64,000 bases of DNA from an uncultured Actinomycetota bacterium (GTDB lineage: Bacteria > Actinomycetota > Actinomycetes > S36-B12). Positions 40,689 to 51,156 of the stretch are shown piece by piece. Numbering within the stretch: the stretch's first letter is position 1; every line of letters starts with the position of its first letter. The notes under the pieces are model-generated. The model was given only the letters and a program-made list of their open reading frames with translations. It searched no databases and had not been told where the DNA came from. A program made the translations under genes and the position numbers. The stretch is from assembly GCA_963749905.1 (NCBI GenBank), contig CAVVOF010000006.1, positions 208,162-272,161 on the forward strand, in the 5' to 3' direction.

Positions 40689-41708
40689 ATGACTATCACC
40701 CACGACACAGGGGGATCGAGCACGGATCCGGCGCCCGAAGCCGGTCCCGTTCCCGCCGCGCCGGCCAGCCTGGGCCCCGACGAGGCGCGTGAGGTGGTCG
40801 GCGGGGTCGCCCGCTCCGTCGCGAACGTCATATCCGGCAAGCCGCAGGCGATCCGGCTCGCCCTGGTTGCGCTGCTCGCCGAGGGACACCTGCTCATCGA
40901 GGACGTGCCGGGGGTGGGAAAGACCCTGCTGGCGAAGTCACTGGCCCGCAGCATCCACTGCTCGATGCGTCGGATCCAGTTCACGCCCGACCTGCTGCCG
41001 AGCGACGTCACCGGCGTGAGCATCTTCGACCGGGTGTCGAACTCCTTCGAGTTCCGCCCCGGCGCGGTCTTCGCGAACATCGTCCTCGGCGACGAGATCA
41101 ACCGCGCCTCCCCCAAGACGCAGTCGGCCCTGCTCGAGGCCATGGAGGAGCAGCAGGTCACGGTCGACGGGCAGACGTACGCCCTGCCTCAGCCGTTCAT
41201 GGTGATCGCCACCCAGAATCCCGTCGAGATGGAGGGCACCTACCCGCTCCCCGAGGCTCAGCGCGATCGATTCATGCTGCAGATCCAGCTCGGCTATCCC
41301 GACCGCGGGGCCGAGGTGGCGATGCTCGACAGCCACGACGTCGCCGATCCGCTCGAGCAGCTGCGCCCCGTGACGGATGCCGACACCCTGCGGTCCCTGC
41401 GTGCGGTCACCCGGGGCATCTTCGCCTCCCCCGCGGTCAAGCAGTACGTGGTCGACATCGTGGCCGCCACCCGGCATGACCCGATGCTGCGCCTGGGTGC
41501 CTCCCCGCGTGCGAGCGTGCACCTGCTGCAGGCCGCCCGCGCCCAGGCCCTGTTGAGTGGCCGCGATCACGTGCTGCCCGACGACGTCCAGCAACTGGCC
41601 GTGCCCGTCCTCGCCCACCGAGTGCTGCTCTCGCCGGAGGCGCACCTCAACCGCCGTCCTGCACCCTCCGTCATCGCCGACGTGGTGGACCGCGTCGCCG
41701 TCCCGTAG
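40689..41708 (+). CDS. MoxR-family AAA+ ATPase
   Basis: Walker A EDVPGVGKT, Walker B LGDEINRASPKTQSALLEAMEE, and VIATQNP. Confidence 0.93.
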   Translation: MTITHDTGGSSTDPAPEAGPVPAAPASLGPDEAREVVGGVARSVANVISGKPQAIRLALVALLAEGHLLIEDVPGVGKTLLAKSLARSIHCSMRRIQFTPDLLPSDVTGVSIFDRVSNSFEFRPGAVFANIVLGDEINRASPKTQSALLEAMEEQQVTVDGQTYALPQPFMVIATQNPVEMEGTYPLPEAQRDRFMLQIQLGYPDRGAEVAMLDSHDVADPLEQLRPVTDADTLRSLRAVTRGIFASPAVKQYVVDIVAATRHDPMLRLGASPRASVHLLQAARAQALLSGRDHVLPDDVQQLAVPVLAHRVLLSPEAHLNRRPAPSVIADVVDRVAVP

Positions 41709-42986
41709 ATGCGCGCACTCACCGCGCGCGGACGTGCTGTCTCGGCCGCCGGCCTGCTGCTTGCCGGGGCGGGGTGGGGCTTCGGCCAACCGGCCCTGGC
41801 CGGCGTGGCCGCGCTGCTGGTGCTGCTGCCCGTGCTCGGGGTGATCGCCGTGCGGCGCTCGCGCTACCTCCTGGGCGCCACCCGGACGGTGCTGCCCGAG
41901 CGGTTCGCGGTCGGGCATGACGCTGAGGTCCGGTTGCTGGTGGAGAACGGCTCGCGACTGCCGACCGGGTCGCTGCTCATCCTCGACCACGTACCCGAGG
42001 CCCTTGGCTCGCCCACCCGCCTGGTCCTTGATCGCGTCCCCTCCCGGGCCCAGCGCATCGTCCGCTACCCGATCACCGGTCTCGAGCGCGGCCGAACGCA
42101 CGTGGGTCCGCTGTCCGTCATGGCCGTCGATCCGTTCGGGATGGCCACCCTGACGCGGTCGTTCACGGCCAGCAACCCGGTGCTCGTCACGCCACAGATC
42201 GTGGACCTCGGCGGCACGCCATCGGCCCGCATGGTGGGTGGGCACGGCGAGTCCCGGTCACGATCCATCGCCACCCGAGGAGACGACGACCTGCTGCCCC
42301 GCGAGCATCGACCCGGGGACGACGTCCGCCGGATCCACTGGCGGGCCACCGCCCGCTCCGGCGAACTGATGGTCCGCCGCGAGGAGCGAGCCTGGCGGGC
42401 CACCGCCAGCGTCGTGCTCGACGACCGGCGCCATGCGCACCGGGGAGCCGGCGCCGATTCGACCTTCGAGTGGGCGGTCTCCGCGGCCGCCAGCATCGCC
42501 GTGCACTACCTGGAGCGCGGCTGGCGCGTCGTGGTGCTCAGCACCAGCGGCCGTGCCCTCGTCCAGGTCGGCACCGGAGCCCCCGGCGAGCTGGACCTGC
42601 TGCTCGAGTCCCTCGCGGACGCCCGCCTGCACGACGTCGCGTGGGGACAGCTCGGCGCCGCCGGCTCCCCGCAGACCGGATCGCGGCTGGACACCGGGAT
42701 CGGGCCCGACGCCACGACGGTGGTGGCCGTGCTCGGCGACCTGGCCGACGACCCGAGCCTGGTCCTGCCACCCCGCGGCTCCGGATCAGCGGTGTGCCTG
42801 GCCCACGCCCAGCGAGCGGATCGCGAGGGTCGGTCCGCGGCGGAGCTTGCGCCGGCGCTCAGTGCCCGCGGCTGGCGGATCGCCTCGTGGTCGACCGATA
42901 CCGACCTCGCCCAGACGTGGCAGACGATCACCGCCGGCGGAGCCAGTCCGGCGGCGGTCGGCGGGACGTGGGGGGGCGCCTCGTGA
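41709..42986 (+). CDS. DUF58-family protein (MoxR partner)
   Basis: Two N-terminal TM segments and REHRPGDDVRRIHWRATARSGELMVRREE. Confidence 0.88.
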   Translation: MRALTARGRAVSAAGLLLAGAGWGFGQPALAGVAALLVLLPVLGVIAVRRSRYLLGATRTVLPERFAVGHDAEVRLLVENGSRLPTGSLLILDHVPEALGSPTRLVLDRVPSRAQRIVRYPITGLERGRTHVGPLSVMAVDPFGMATLTRSFTASNPVLVTPQIVDLGGTPSARMVGGHGESRSRSIATRGDDDLLPREHRPGDDVRRIHWRATARSGELMVRREERAWRATASVVLDDRRHAHRGAGADSTFEWAVSAAASIAVHYLERGWRVVVLSTSGRALVQVGTGAPGELDLLLESLADARLHDVAWGQLGAAGSPQTGSRLDTGIGPDATTVVAVLGDLADDPSLVLPPRGSGSAVCLAHAQRADREGRSAAELAPALSARGWRIASWSTDTDLAQTWQTITAGGASPAAVGGTWGGAS

Positions 42987-45391
42987 ACAGCCCGTCGGCC
43001 GGCGGATGGCGCATGGTGCGCGAGCGCGCCCGACTGGTGGACACCCTCATCGGGGTGGCGGCCACCCTGCTGGCGGCGGCGTGCGTGATTCCGCTGTTCG
43101 TGGACCTCAGCTGGGTCACCCCTGCGCTCGTCATCGTGATCGCCGTCGCCGCCGTCGGCGCGGGCGCCCGGGCCGTCGGCATGCCGCTGCCGCTGATCCC
43201 GATCACGGAGGCGCTGGCACTGCTGGCGTCGATCACCGCGCTGTACGCCGGGAGGTGGGCGTGGGGGGGCGTGATCCCGACCAGCGAGGCATGGGACGTC
43301 ATCCTCGCCCGGGTCAGCCAGGGCATGGCGGACACCCTGGAGTTCAGTGCGCCGGTGCCCCCGCTCCCCGGGATGGTGCTGCTCGCCGTCGGCGGCATCG
43401 GCGTCGTGATGCTGAGCGTGGACACCCTGTTCGTGTCGGTGCGCAGCCCGATCCTGGCCGGCCTGCCACTGGCCGCGCTGTACCTCGTCCCCGCGCTGAT
43501 CAACGCGGCGGGACCGCCGTGGTGGACGCTCCCCCTCGCCGGCGCAGCCTGGCTGTTGATCCTCGCGGCGGACCAGCGGGAACGGGTACGCAGCTGGGGC
43601 GGACTGGACCCAGACCAGCGGATCCGCGGACTGTCGGCGGCCGGCCGCCGCGTCGGCGCGCTCGCCCTCGTCGCGGCCGCGGCGATCGCCGTCCTGCTCC
43701 CGGCCGGTGCCTGGGCGCCCTGGCGAACCGATGCCGGCGAGGGCCCCGGCGTGGCCGCCGGCCCCGCCGATGCCGAGGCGGTGATCCTCGATCCGCTCGT
43801 CAGCATGCGCCGCAATCTGGTGCAGAGCAACAACACCGAGGTGCTCACCTATCGCACTCAGGCGACCCAGCCCTCCTACCTGCGCATCGCGGCGCTGGAG
43901 TCCTTCGACGGCCAGACCTGGTCGCCGCGTGAGGGACTGACGACGCGACGGGATCCCGGGACCCCACTGCCCGGAAACGTGCTGAGCGACCTCGTCGCCT
44001 TGGACGCGAACAACCGGGTGACCGGAGGCGACTCCTTCACCTACGAGATCGAGGTCGGCGGCCTGCAGAACAGCTACCTGCCGCTGCCCTACCCGATCTC
44101 GGAGGTCGACGACGTGTCCGGGCTCGATGCCGACTGGCGCATCGATCTGGGTACCGGAGTCGCCTTCTCCGACGGGGTGCCGGCGTCCGGGCTGTCGTAC
44201 CGCGTCAAGGCCCTCGACCCCCGCGTGGAGGCGGACACGCTGCGTGCCGCCGCCGCGCCCACGGGCGGACTGTGGCCGCAGCTGGCACTGCCGAGCGGCC
44301 TGCCGCCGATCATCGGCGAGACAGCACTCGAGGTGACCGCCAGCGCCGAATCGCCCTACGAGCGTGCCCTCGCCCTGCAGCGCTGGTTCACCCGCGAGGG
44401 CGACTTCACCTACAGCACCGGCGTGCCCAGCGGCGCCGATGGCGACTACCTGGCGAACTTCCTCGACGAACGGGTGGGGTACTGCGAGCAGTTCGCCGGC
44501 GCGATGGCCGTCATGGCGCGCACCTTGGGCATCCCGTCCCGCGTGGTCGTGGGCTTCACGCAGGGCAGCCCGACTGACGATGGCCAGTGGCGGGTGACCG
44601 TCCGGGATGCACATGCGTGGCCGGAGCTGTGGTTCGACACGGTCGGCTGGGTGCGCTTCGAGCCGACGCCGCGTGCGCAGGGCACCGTGCAGTCGCCCGA
44701 CTACGCGCCGGCCTCGGACCAGGCCCTCGAGAACGCGGCCGACGCCACGCGTGGCGTGCCGGCCGAGGACGAGACCGTGTTCCCCGAGGGTCTCGTCGAC
44801 CAGCAGGCCCGCTCTCCGCTCGCCACCGCCGCCATCGTCGTCCTCGCCGTCGGCGGCGTGCTCCTGCTCGGCTGGTTCGTGGCGCCGATGGTGACCCGCG
44901 CGCTCCGACGGCACCGGCGCCTGCACGCGGACAGTCACGCCGCGATCGTCGAGGGCGCGTGGAGCGAACTGGGCGACATCGCCCTGGACCTCGGCCGGCC
45001 GTGGTCGGTCACCAGCACGCCGAGCCAGAACGCCGCTCGACTGGGCCGTGGCCTGTCGGCGGGCGGTCGAGAGGCCCTCGACCGGATCCGTCGCGAGCTG
45101 GAGCAGGTGCGATACGGCCGCCCGACCCGGCCCACGACCGCACCGGCCGCAGGCGGCGGGCATCGGGAGCACACCGAGGCGGTGCGTTCGGATCTAGCGG
45201 TGGTGGTGCGCGAACTGCGCGACCGGGTGCGCTGGCAGACGCGGGTACGGGCCTACTGCTGGCCGTCCTCCGAGCGCCGACGCCAGCGATCCTCCATGCG
45301 GTTCATGAAGCCGGACTTCGACGACCGCTCGGGTGCCGGGGCGGGCGCATCCGCTGCGGGCTCGGCGGCGCCGCGGGTGAAGGCCGAGTAG
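42983..45391 (+). CDS. Transglutaminase-domain membrane protein (TgpA-like)
   Basis: GTG 42983 forms a GTGA overlap with the DUF58 stop. Polytopic N-terminus. The core reads GYCEQFAGAMAVMARTLGIPSRVVVGF...DAHAWPELWF...WVRFEPTP. Confidence 0.85.
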   Translation: MNSPSAGGWRMVRERARLVDTLIGVAATLLAAACVIPLFVDLSWVTPALVIVIAVAAVGAGARAVGMPLPLIPITEALALLASITALYAGRWAWGGVIPTSEAWDVILARVSQGMADTLEFSAPVPPLPGMVLLAVGGIGVVMLSVDTLFVSVRSPILAGLPLAALYLVPALINAAGPPWWTLPLAGAAWLLILAADQRERVRSWGGLDPDQRIRGLSAAGRRVGALALVAAAAIAVLLPAGAWAPWRTDAGEGPGVAAGPADAEAVILDPLVSMRRNLVQSNNTEVLTYRTQATQPSYLRIAALESFDGQTWSPREGLTTRRDPGTPLPGNVLSDLVALDANNRVTGGDSFTYEIEVGGLQNSYLPLPYPISEVDDVSGLDADWRIDLGTGVAFSDGVPASGLSYRVKALDPRVEADTLRAAAAPTGGLWPQLALPSGLPPIIGETALEVTASAESPYERALALQRWFTREGDFTYSTGVPSGADGDYLANFLDERVGYCEQFAGAMAVMARTLGIPSRVVVGFTQGSPTDDGQWRVTVRDAHAWPELWFDTVGWVRFEPTPRAQGTVQSPDYAPASDQALENAADATRGVPAEDETVFPEGLVDQQARSPLATAAIVVLAVGGVLLLGWFVAPMVTRALRRHRRLHADSHAAIVEGAWSELGDIALDLGRPWSVTSTPSQNAARLGRGLSAGGREALDRIRRELEQVRYGRPTRPTTAPAAGGGHREHTEAVRSDLAVVVRELRDRVRWQTRVRAYCWPSSERRRQRSSMRFMKPDFDDRSGAGAGASAAGSAAPRVKAE

Positions 45392-45636
45392 ATCGCCACG
45401 CAGCCGACCAGCATCGCGAGGAAGCCGATCACGCCGAGGGCGATGATGGTGGTGGCCACGCCGCCGATCAGCAGGCCGACGCCGGCCAGGACCGCCAGGA
45501 CCCCGAGGGCGGCGCGACCGCGCGCCGCGCGGGCACCGGGTGCGGAGCGCAGACTGGTGGCGAACTTCGGGTCCTCGGCATAGAGGGCCTTCTCCATCTG
45601 CTCGAGCAGTCGTTGCTCGTGCTCAGACAGCGGCAT
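45253..45636 (-). CDS. DUF3040-family membrane protein
   Basis: MPLSEHEQRLLEQMEKALYAEDPKFA followed by two TM segments. Its 3' end overlaps the transglutaminase ORF tail by 139 nt, convergently. Confidence 0.75.
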   Translation of the reverse strand: MPLSEHEQRLLEQMEKALYAEDPKFATSLRSAPGARAARGRAALGVLAVLAGVGLLIGGVATTIIALGVIGFLAMLVGCVAIYSAFTRGAAEPAADAPAPAPERSSKSGFMNRMEDRWRRRSEDGQQ

Positions 45637-45723
45637 GTAGGACCTCCCTAGCCGGGTCCCGCGGGTGCGGGGATGCTCCAAGGATAAGCACACCGGGGGC
45701 CGCGCGAAACCCGTACCCGGGTC

Positions 45724-46944
45724 TCACTGCGGATCCACCAGTCGGGCGGGCCGGACGGCATGGGAGCCGAAGCGGGCGCGCAGCGCGTCCACGGCCACCT
45801 CTGCCTCGCGTCGGCCGTTCTCCGGTTCGCCGAGCAGCAGCTGCCGCGGCGCGTCGTCGGCGTCGGCCAGGCCCTCCATCCGCACGCCGACCAGGCGGAT
45901 CCGCACCCGCTGCAGGCCGAGGGCGTCGTAGAGCCCGCGGACGGTGTCGTAGATCTCCTTGCCCACGTCGGTGGGCGCGGTCAGCGTGCGGGACCGGGTG
46001 ATGGTGCTGAAGTCGGCGAACCGCACCTTCACCGAGACGGTCCGGCCGACGTAGCCGGCCGCCCGCAGCCGGCCGGCGACCTGGTCGGAGAGGGCCAGCA
46101 GCCGCGCGTGGATGACCTCCGGATCGTCGATGTCGTGCTCGAAGGTGGTCTCGTTGCCCACGCTGCGGTCCGGCTCATGCGGATTGACCGCCCGCGGGTC
46201 GCGACCCCAGGCCAGCTCGTGCAGGTGGCCACCGGCCGCCGGCCCGAGGGCCCGCCGAAGGGTGTCCTCCGGGGTGTTCGCGATGTCGCCGACGGTGCGC
46301 AGGCCGAGCCGGGTCAGCTGCTCCTCGGTGCGCTCGCCGACCCCCCACAGGGCGCCGACCGGCAGCGGGTGCAGGAAGTCGATCACCCGGTCGACCGGGA
46401 TGACGAGCAGGCCGTCCGGCTTGGCGCGGGTGGAGGCCAGCTTGGCGACGAACTTGGTCGCCGCCACCCCGACGGAGCAGGTGATCTGCTGCTCGTCCTG
46501 CACCCGGGCGCGGATCAGCTCGGCGATCGCGGTGGGGGTGCCGAGACGGCGCAGCGAGCCGGAGACGTCGAGGAAGGCCTCGTCGAGGCTGAGCGGCTCG
46601 ACGATCGGGGTGATGGAGGCGAACAGCGCCATGACGTTGCGGCTGACCTCGCTGTACGCCCGGTGCTCGGGCTCGAGGACGACGGCCTGCGGGGCCAGCC
46701 GGCGGGCCCGGCTCATCGGCATCGCCGAGTGCACGCCGAGGGCTCGGGCCTCGTAGGTGGCCGACAGCACGACACCGCGGGTGCCGCCGCCGATGATCAC
46801 CGGCCGGCCGTGCAGATCGGGGTGCGCGCGCAGGGTCACGGAGGCGTAGAAGGCGTCCATGTCGACGTGCAGGATGGTGCAGCCGGTGTCGTCGGCACCG
46901 AACCCGACGCGCCCGGTGGGCCGGCGGACCTGACTGCGACTCAT
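45724..46944 (-). CDS. dinB: Y-family DNA polymerase IV (catalytic residues intact)
   Basis: ILHVDMDAFYASV, SLDEAFLDVSG, SVGVATKFVAKLAS. Confidence 0.93.
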   Translation of the reverse strand: MSRSQVRRPTGRVGFGADDTGCTILHVDMDAFYASVTLRAHPDLHGRPVIIGGGTRGVVLSATYEARALGVHSAMPMSRARRLAPQAVVLEPEHRAYSEVSRNVMALFASITPIVEPLSLDEAFLDVSGSLRRLGTPTAIAELIRARVQDEQQITCSVGVAATKFVAKLASTRAKPDGLLVIPVDRVIDFLHPLPVGALWGVGERTEEQLTRLGLRTVGDIANTPEDTLRRALGPAAGGHLHELAWGRDPRAVNPHEPDRSVGNETTFEHDIDDPEVIHARLLALSDQVAGRLRAAGYVGRTVSVKVRFADFSTITRSRTLTAPTDVGKEIYDTVRGLYDALGLQRVRIRLVGVRMEGLADADDAPRQLLLGEPENGRREAEVAVDALRARFGSHAVRPARLVDPQ

Positions 46945-46988
46945 GGGGTCATCCTGCTACGCATCCCTGACGCTCGGCTCATCTCCGG

Positions 46989-49900
46989 CTACCTGCCGCT
47001 GCTGCCCGGACTGGAATGCCAGAGCTTGCGCACCGGCCCACGCTGCGGATCCACGCCCTGCGGCACGATGTCGGCGTACGGCGACTGCCGGAACCCGCTG
47101 GCATGCACCAGCACGCGTCGCCGGGTGGCCTCGGCGGCCGCTGAGCCCGCGTCCTCGGCACCGGCCGGCACGGCGGCCAGCAGTTCCGCGACCCGGCGGG
47201 CCCCACCGGCCAGCCACTCCCGGCGGACGGTGCCGAGCTCCCAGCACCCGGTCGCCCGCAGCGAGACCCCCCTCGGCCCGGTGCGGCGCACCTCACCGCG
47301 CACGAGCAGCAGCCACGAGTCGAAGACGGTGCCCGCGTAGCCGGCCTGGGCGTCCTCGAAGAAGGTCGCGTCCACCGGGCCGGTGGTGTCGTCCAGGGTC
47401 AGGAAGATCACCCGCCGGCCGCTGCGGACCGGCGGCGTCTGGGTCGCCACCTTCACCCCGGCGACCAGCACCTCGCTGGTCGAGCGCTGGCTCAGCAGGT
47501 CGCGTGAGCGCACGAACGGCAGTCCGGCGGCGGCCAGGTCGTCGAGCATCGCGGCGTGGAAGTCGACCACATGCCGGCTGACGTCCATGCCCAGCACCTC
47601 CAGCTCGGCGTGCACCCGCTCGGCCGGGGTCATCTCCGGCAGCCCGGAGGGCGGGGCGGCGGCCACGTCGTCGGCGAGGGCGAGGGTCAGCTGGGCGTGC
47701 CCGGCCGAGCCGCGCGGGGAGCCCCGGCCGATGCCGCGGGCCGACCCACGACCCGACCCACGACCCGACCCACGGGCCGAGCGGGCCGTCCAGCGCTCGA
47801 GATCGGAGACCTGGAGCAGCAGGTCACGGCGAGTGAGCCGGCCGCGACGGCGCACCGAGGGCCGTACGTCCAGCCCGTACAGCGTGTCGAACCCGCCCGC
47901 GACGATCAGCCGCTCGGCGGTCGGCCGGGACATCCCGCTGCGCTGCCAGGCGTCGGCCAGCGAGGCGTACGGCTGGCCGCCGAGGATCCCGGCGACCTCC
48001 TCCTCGCTGATGCCCTTGACATCGGTGAGCGGCACCCGGATGCCGTCGCCGATCTCGCCCTCGGGGCCGACCACCGGCTCCACCCGGTAGACGTCGGAGG
48101 AGGCGTTGACATCGAGGCCAAGGACGGCGATGCCGAAGTTGCGGGCGTCGTCGAGGATCAGCCGCTTCGGGTACATCCCCGGGTCGTGAGTGAGCACGCC
48201 GGCGTAGAACGCCGCGGGGTGGTGCGCCTTCAGCCAGACGGACTGGTAGGTCGGCAGCGCGAACGCCGCCGCATGCGCCTTGCAGAAGCCGAAGGAGGCG
48301 AAGGCCCGCAGCACGTCCCACACCCGCTCCACGGTCGGCAGGTCGTAGCCCTTCCGCAGCGCCGTCGGGTAGAACCACGCCCGGATGTCGTCCTGCCCGT
48401 CCGGGGAGCCGAGCGCCCGGCGGGTCTCGTCGGCCTCGGCGAGGGAGCAGCCGGTCATGGTGGCGACGATGCGCAGCACCTGCTCGTGGAAGACCACCAC
48501 CCCGAAGGTCTCCGCCAGCGCCGGGCGCAGGTCGTGGTGCAGGTACATCGGCTCGCTCCAGCCCTGCCGCGCGCGCAGGAACGGGGTGACCATGTCGGAC
48601 TTCACCGGCCCGGGACGGAACAGCGAGATGTCGATGATGATGTCGTTGAAGGTCTCCGGCGCGAACTTGCCGATCAGCTCCCGCTGGCCGGGCGACTCGA
48701 TCTGGAAGCAGCCGAGGGTGCGGGCGGACTGGATGAGGGCGAAGGTCTCCGGGTCGTCGAGGTCGTGGTCGTCGAGCACGATCCGCTCACCGGTGCTCCG
48801 CTCGATCTCGTCGATCGCGTGGGCCATGGCGGACTGCATGCGGATGCCGAGCACGTCGAGCTTGAGCAGCCCCATCTCCTCGACGTCGTCCTTGTCGAAG
48901 TGGCTCATCGGGAAGCCGGCCGCGCTGCTCTCGACGGGCGTGCGGTCGAGCAGGGAGGCGTCGGAGAGCAGCACCCCGCACGGGTGCAGCGCGACATGCC
49001 GCGGCAGGCCGTCGAGGCGCTCGACCAGGTCGAGGAAGGTGTCGAGCTGTCCGCTGGCCGCCAGCCGGCCGAAGCTCGAGGCCCGCAGCTCCGGCAGGTC
49101 GTTCAGGGCGTTGCGGGCGTCCCGCGCGCGGATGTGCGGGAAGGCCTTGGCGAGCGCGTCGATCTCCCCCATCGGGAAGCCGAGGGCCGCGCCGACGTCG
49201 CGGACGGCATGCCGGACCCGGTAGGTCTCCATCATCGACACCGCGGCGGTGCGCTCGGCGCCGAAGCGGTCGAAGATCCACTGGTAGATCTCCTCGCGCC
49301 GGGCGGACTCGACGTCGATGTCGATGTCCGGCAGGGCCCGCCGCAGCGGGGACAGGAACCGCTCCATGATCAGCCCGTGCCGGATCGGGTCGACTCCGGA
49401 GATGCCGAGCAGGTGGGTGACCAGGCTGCCCGCCCCCGAGCCTCTGGCCGCCACCCGCACGCCGCGCTCCTTGACCATCGAGACGACCTCGGCCACGGTG
49501 AGGAAGTACCCGGAGAACTGCAGGTGGGTGATGGTGCGCAGTTCCTCCTCGAGCCGGGACACCGCCGCGCGCCGGTCGTCGACACGGGGGTACCGCTGCG
49601 GGAGGGCGCCCTCGCACCGGTCCCGCAGCAGCACGTCGGCCCGGGCATTCGCCTCGTCGGGCGGCACCGCCTCCCGCAGCAGGACGTCGAGTTCGGGAAC
49701 GAACACCTCGCCGATGCCGAGGTCGGCCGCCGGGTCGAGGACGCAGTACTCGGCCAGCCGCCGGGTGTCGGCGAGCAGGCGGCGACCGTCGTCGCGCTCC
49801 CCCGCCGCCGTCGCGATCTCCTCGGCGATCTCGGCCATCTGCCGACCGTCCTTCACGAAGGCCTCACCGTTGCCCGCGTCGATGTGCCGGGAGTCGAGGG

Positions 49901-50672
49901 GGACCAGCCGGCGTGCGGAGTCGAGGACGTCCGCGACCCGGGAACCCTCCGGGTCCAGGTAGCGGACCGCGTTCGTCAGCACGACCGGCACCGACTCCTG
50001 CCGCGCCCAGCCGAGCATGGCCGCCGCGGCCGTGGTCGAGTAGCGCAGCCGGCCGGACCGGCCGATCCCGACCGGCTCCCGGTGCGAGGTGACGGCCAGC
50101 GCGAGCCGCCGGCCGAAGATCGCCCGCCAGGGCCGCAGCGCACCGGCGGCCCGGTGGGCGCGCTGGGTGGCCAGCAGCCGGCCGACCTCGGAGTCCACGG
50201 TGAGCAGTGCGACCACGCCCTCGTGGTGCTCGCGCAGCGCCGCCCAGGTCAGCCAGGGCGCACCCCGCTCGGTGTGCGGGCCGGTGTGCGCGGCGGAGAC
50301 CAGCCGGCACAGTGACGCCCAGCCCGGTGCGCTGGCGGCCAGCAGCAGCACCCGCGGCCGGTCCTCCCGCACCCAGGCGCCACCGTGGGCGGGCGACCGC
50401 CGGGCCGGCCGCTCGGCCACCGGTCGGTCGCGCACCCGGTTCTCCGCAGCGGAGGTCGTCTCGGCCATGGCGAGATCGACGCCGAGCACCGGATGGACGC
50501 CCGCCGTGCGGCAGGCCAGCGCCCAGCGCACCGCTCCGTACAGCCCGTCACGATCGGTCAGCCCGATGATGGGCTGATCGAGCTCGGCGGCCCGGGCGAC
50601 CAGCGCGGCGGGCATGGCGGTTCCGTACTGCAGGGAGAACCCGGAGGCCACCTGCAGGTGGCAGAAGGTCAC
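46989..50672 (-). CDS. dnaE2: Error-prone DNA polymerase DnaE2 (C-family), 1227 aa, with an Arg/Gly/Ser-rich insertion
   Basis: The PHP N-terminus FCHLQVASGFSLQYG lacks the HxH of DnaE1. Also PDIDIDVES, FCKAHAAAFA and the C-terminal LWHSSPGSSGR. A second dnaE paralogue (dnaE1) is at 1-1977. Confidence 0.9.
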   Translation of the reverse strand: MTFCHLQVASGFSLQYGTAMPAALVARAAELDQPIIGLTDRDGLYGAVRWALACRTAGVHPVLGVDLAMAETTSAAENRVRDRPVAERPARRSPAHGGAWVREDRPRVLLLAASAPGWASLCRLVSAAHTGPHTERGAPWLTWAALREHHEGVVALLTVDSEVGRLLATQRAHRAAGALRPWRAIFGRRLALAVTSHREPVGIGRSGRLRYSTTAAAAMLGWARQESVPVVLTNAVRYLDPEGSRVADVLDSARRLVPLDSRHIDAGNGEAFVKDGRQMAEIAEEIATAAGERDDGRRLLADTRRLAEYCVLDPAADLGIGEVFVPELDVLLREAVPPDEANARADVLLRDRCEGALPQRYPRVDDRRAAVSRLEEELRTITHLQFSGYFLTVAEVVSMVKERGVRVAARGSGAGSLVTHLLGISGVDPIRHGLIMERFLSPLRRALPDIDIDVESARREEIYQWIFDRFGAERTAAVSMMETYRVRHAVRDVGAALGFPMGEIDALAKAFPHIRARDARNALNDLPELRASSFGRLAASGQLDTFLDLVERLDGLPRHVALHPCGVLLSDASLLDRTPVESSAAGFPMSHFDKDDVEEMGLLKLDVLGIRMQSAMAHAIDEIERSTGERIVLDDHDLDDPETFALIQSARTLGCFQIESPGQRELIGKFAPETFNDIIIDISLFRPGPVKSDMVTPFLRARQGWSEPMYLHHDLRPALAETFGVVVFHEQVLRIVATMTGCSLAEADETRRALGSPDGQDDIRAWFYPTALRKGYDLPTVERVWDVLRAFASFGFCKAHAAAFALPTYQSVWLKAHHPAAFYAGVLTHDPGMYPKRLILDDARNFGIAVLGLDVNASSDVYRVEPVVGPEGEIGDGIRVPLTDVKGISEEEVAGILGGQPYASLADAWQRSGMSRPTAERLIVAGGFDTLYGLDVRPSVRRRGRLTRRDLLLQVSDLERWTARSARGSGRGSGRGSARGIGRGSPRGSAGHAQLTLALADDVAAAPPSGLPEMTPAERVHAELEVLGMDVSRHVVDFHAAMLDDLAAAGLPFVRSRDLLSQRSTSEVLVAGVKVATQTPPVRSGRRVIFLTLDDTTGPVDATFFEDAQAGYAGTVFDSWLLLVRGEVRRTGPRGVSLRATGCWELGTVRREWLAGGARRVAELLAAVPAGAEDAGSAAAEATRRRVLVHASGFRQSPYADIVPQGVDPQRGPVRKLWHSSPGSSGR

Positions 50673-50681
50673 GGTGTCGGG

Positions 50682-51140
50682 TCAGCCGACGTGCCGCAGG
50701 ACGGTCGCGCCCGGCGTGGTCATCGCGGACTGGTGCGGCACGCCGAGCACCTCGCAGACCCGCACGACGAAGGCCTCCGCGTCGCGGACCAGGTCGTCGG
50801 CCTCCCGGTGCGAGACGACGTCGAGGCCCGCCTCCGCCGCCGCCCGCTTGCGGGCGCCGAGGGCGAAGAAGGTGGCCCACTCCCCCAGTTCCGGGGCGAC
50901 CGTGGGCAGCAGCACCCACACGCTGAGGACGCGGGACCGCCGACCCCCCGAGGACCGGCCGCGGGCGGCGAGGACCGCGGCGGCGGCCCGCAGGCCGGCC
51001 AGGTGCGCACAGGCATAGCGCTCCCCGGCGGTGCCGGCCAGGCTCGCCTCGGTCAGGCTGCGGCGAGCGGCCGCCAGCAGGTCGTCCGTGGCTCGGGCGG
51101 TCGTGGCTCGGGCGGTCGTGGCTCGGGCGGTCGTGGGCAT
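50682..51140 (-). CDS. Small alpha-helical protein, HEPN-like (resembles proteins I recall annotated as the SAV_6107 family)
   Basis: ATG 51140 follows aaggaa. Sequence MPTTARATTARATTARATDDLLAAARRSLTEA...ERYACAHLAGLRAAAAVLA...READDLVRDAEAFVVRV. It ends 9 nt upstream of dnaE2. Confidence 0.45.
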   Translation of the reverse strand: MPTTARATTARATTARATDDLLAAARRSLTEASLAGTAGERYACAHLAGLRAAAAVLAARGRSSGGRRSRVLSVWVLLPTVAPELGEWATFFALGARKRAAAEAGLDVVSHREADDLVRDAEAFVVRVCEVLGVPHQSAMTTPGATVLRHVG

Positions 51141-51156
51141 GGCGTTCCTTCGTTCT

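Noticed and set aside
45724-46944. Whether the Y-family gene after dnaE2 is ImuB.
   Set aside because: ImuB lacks the catalytic acidic residues. This protein retains DMDAFYASV and SLDEAFLDV and aligns by eye as a standard DinB, so it is called Pol IV.
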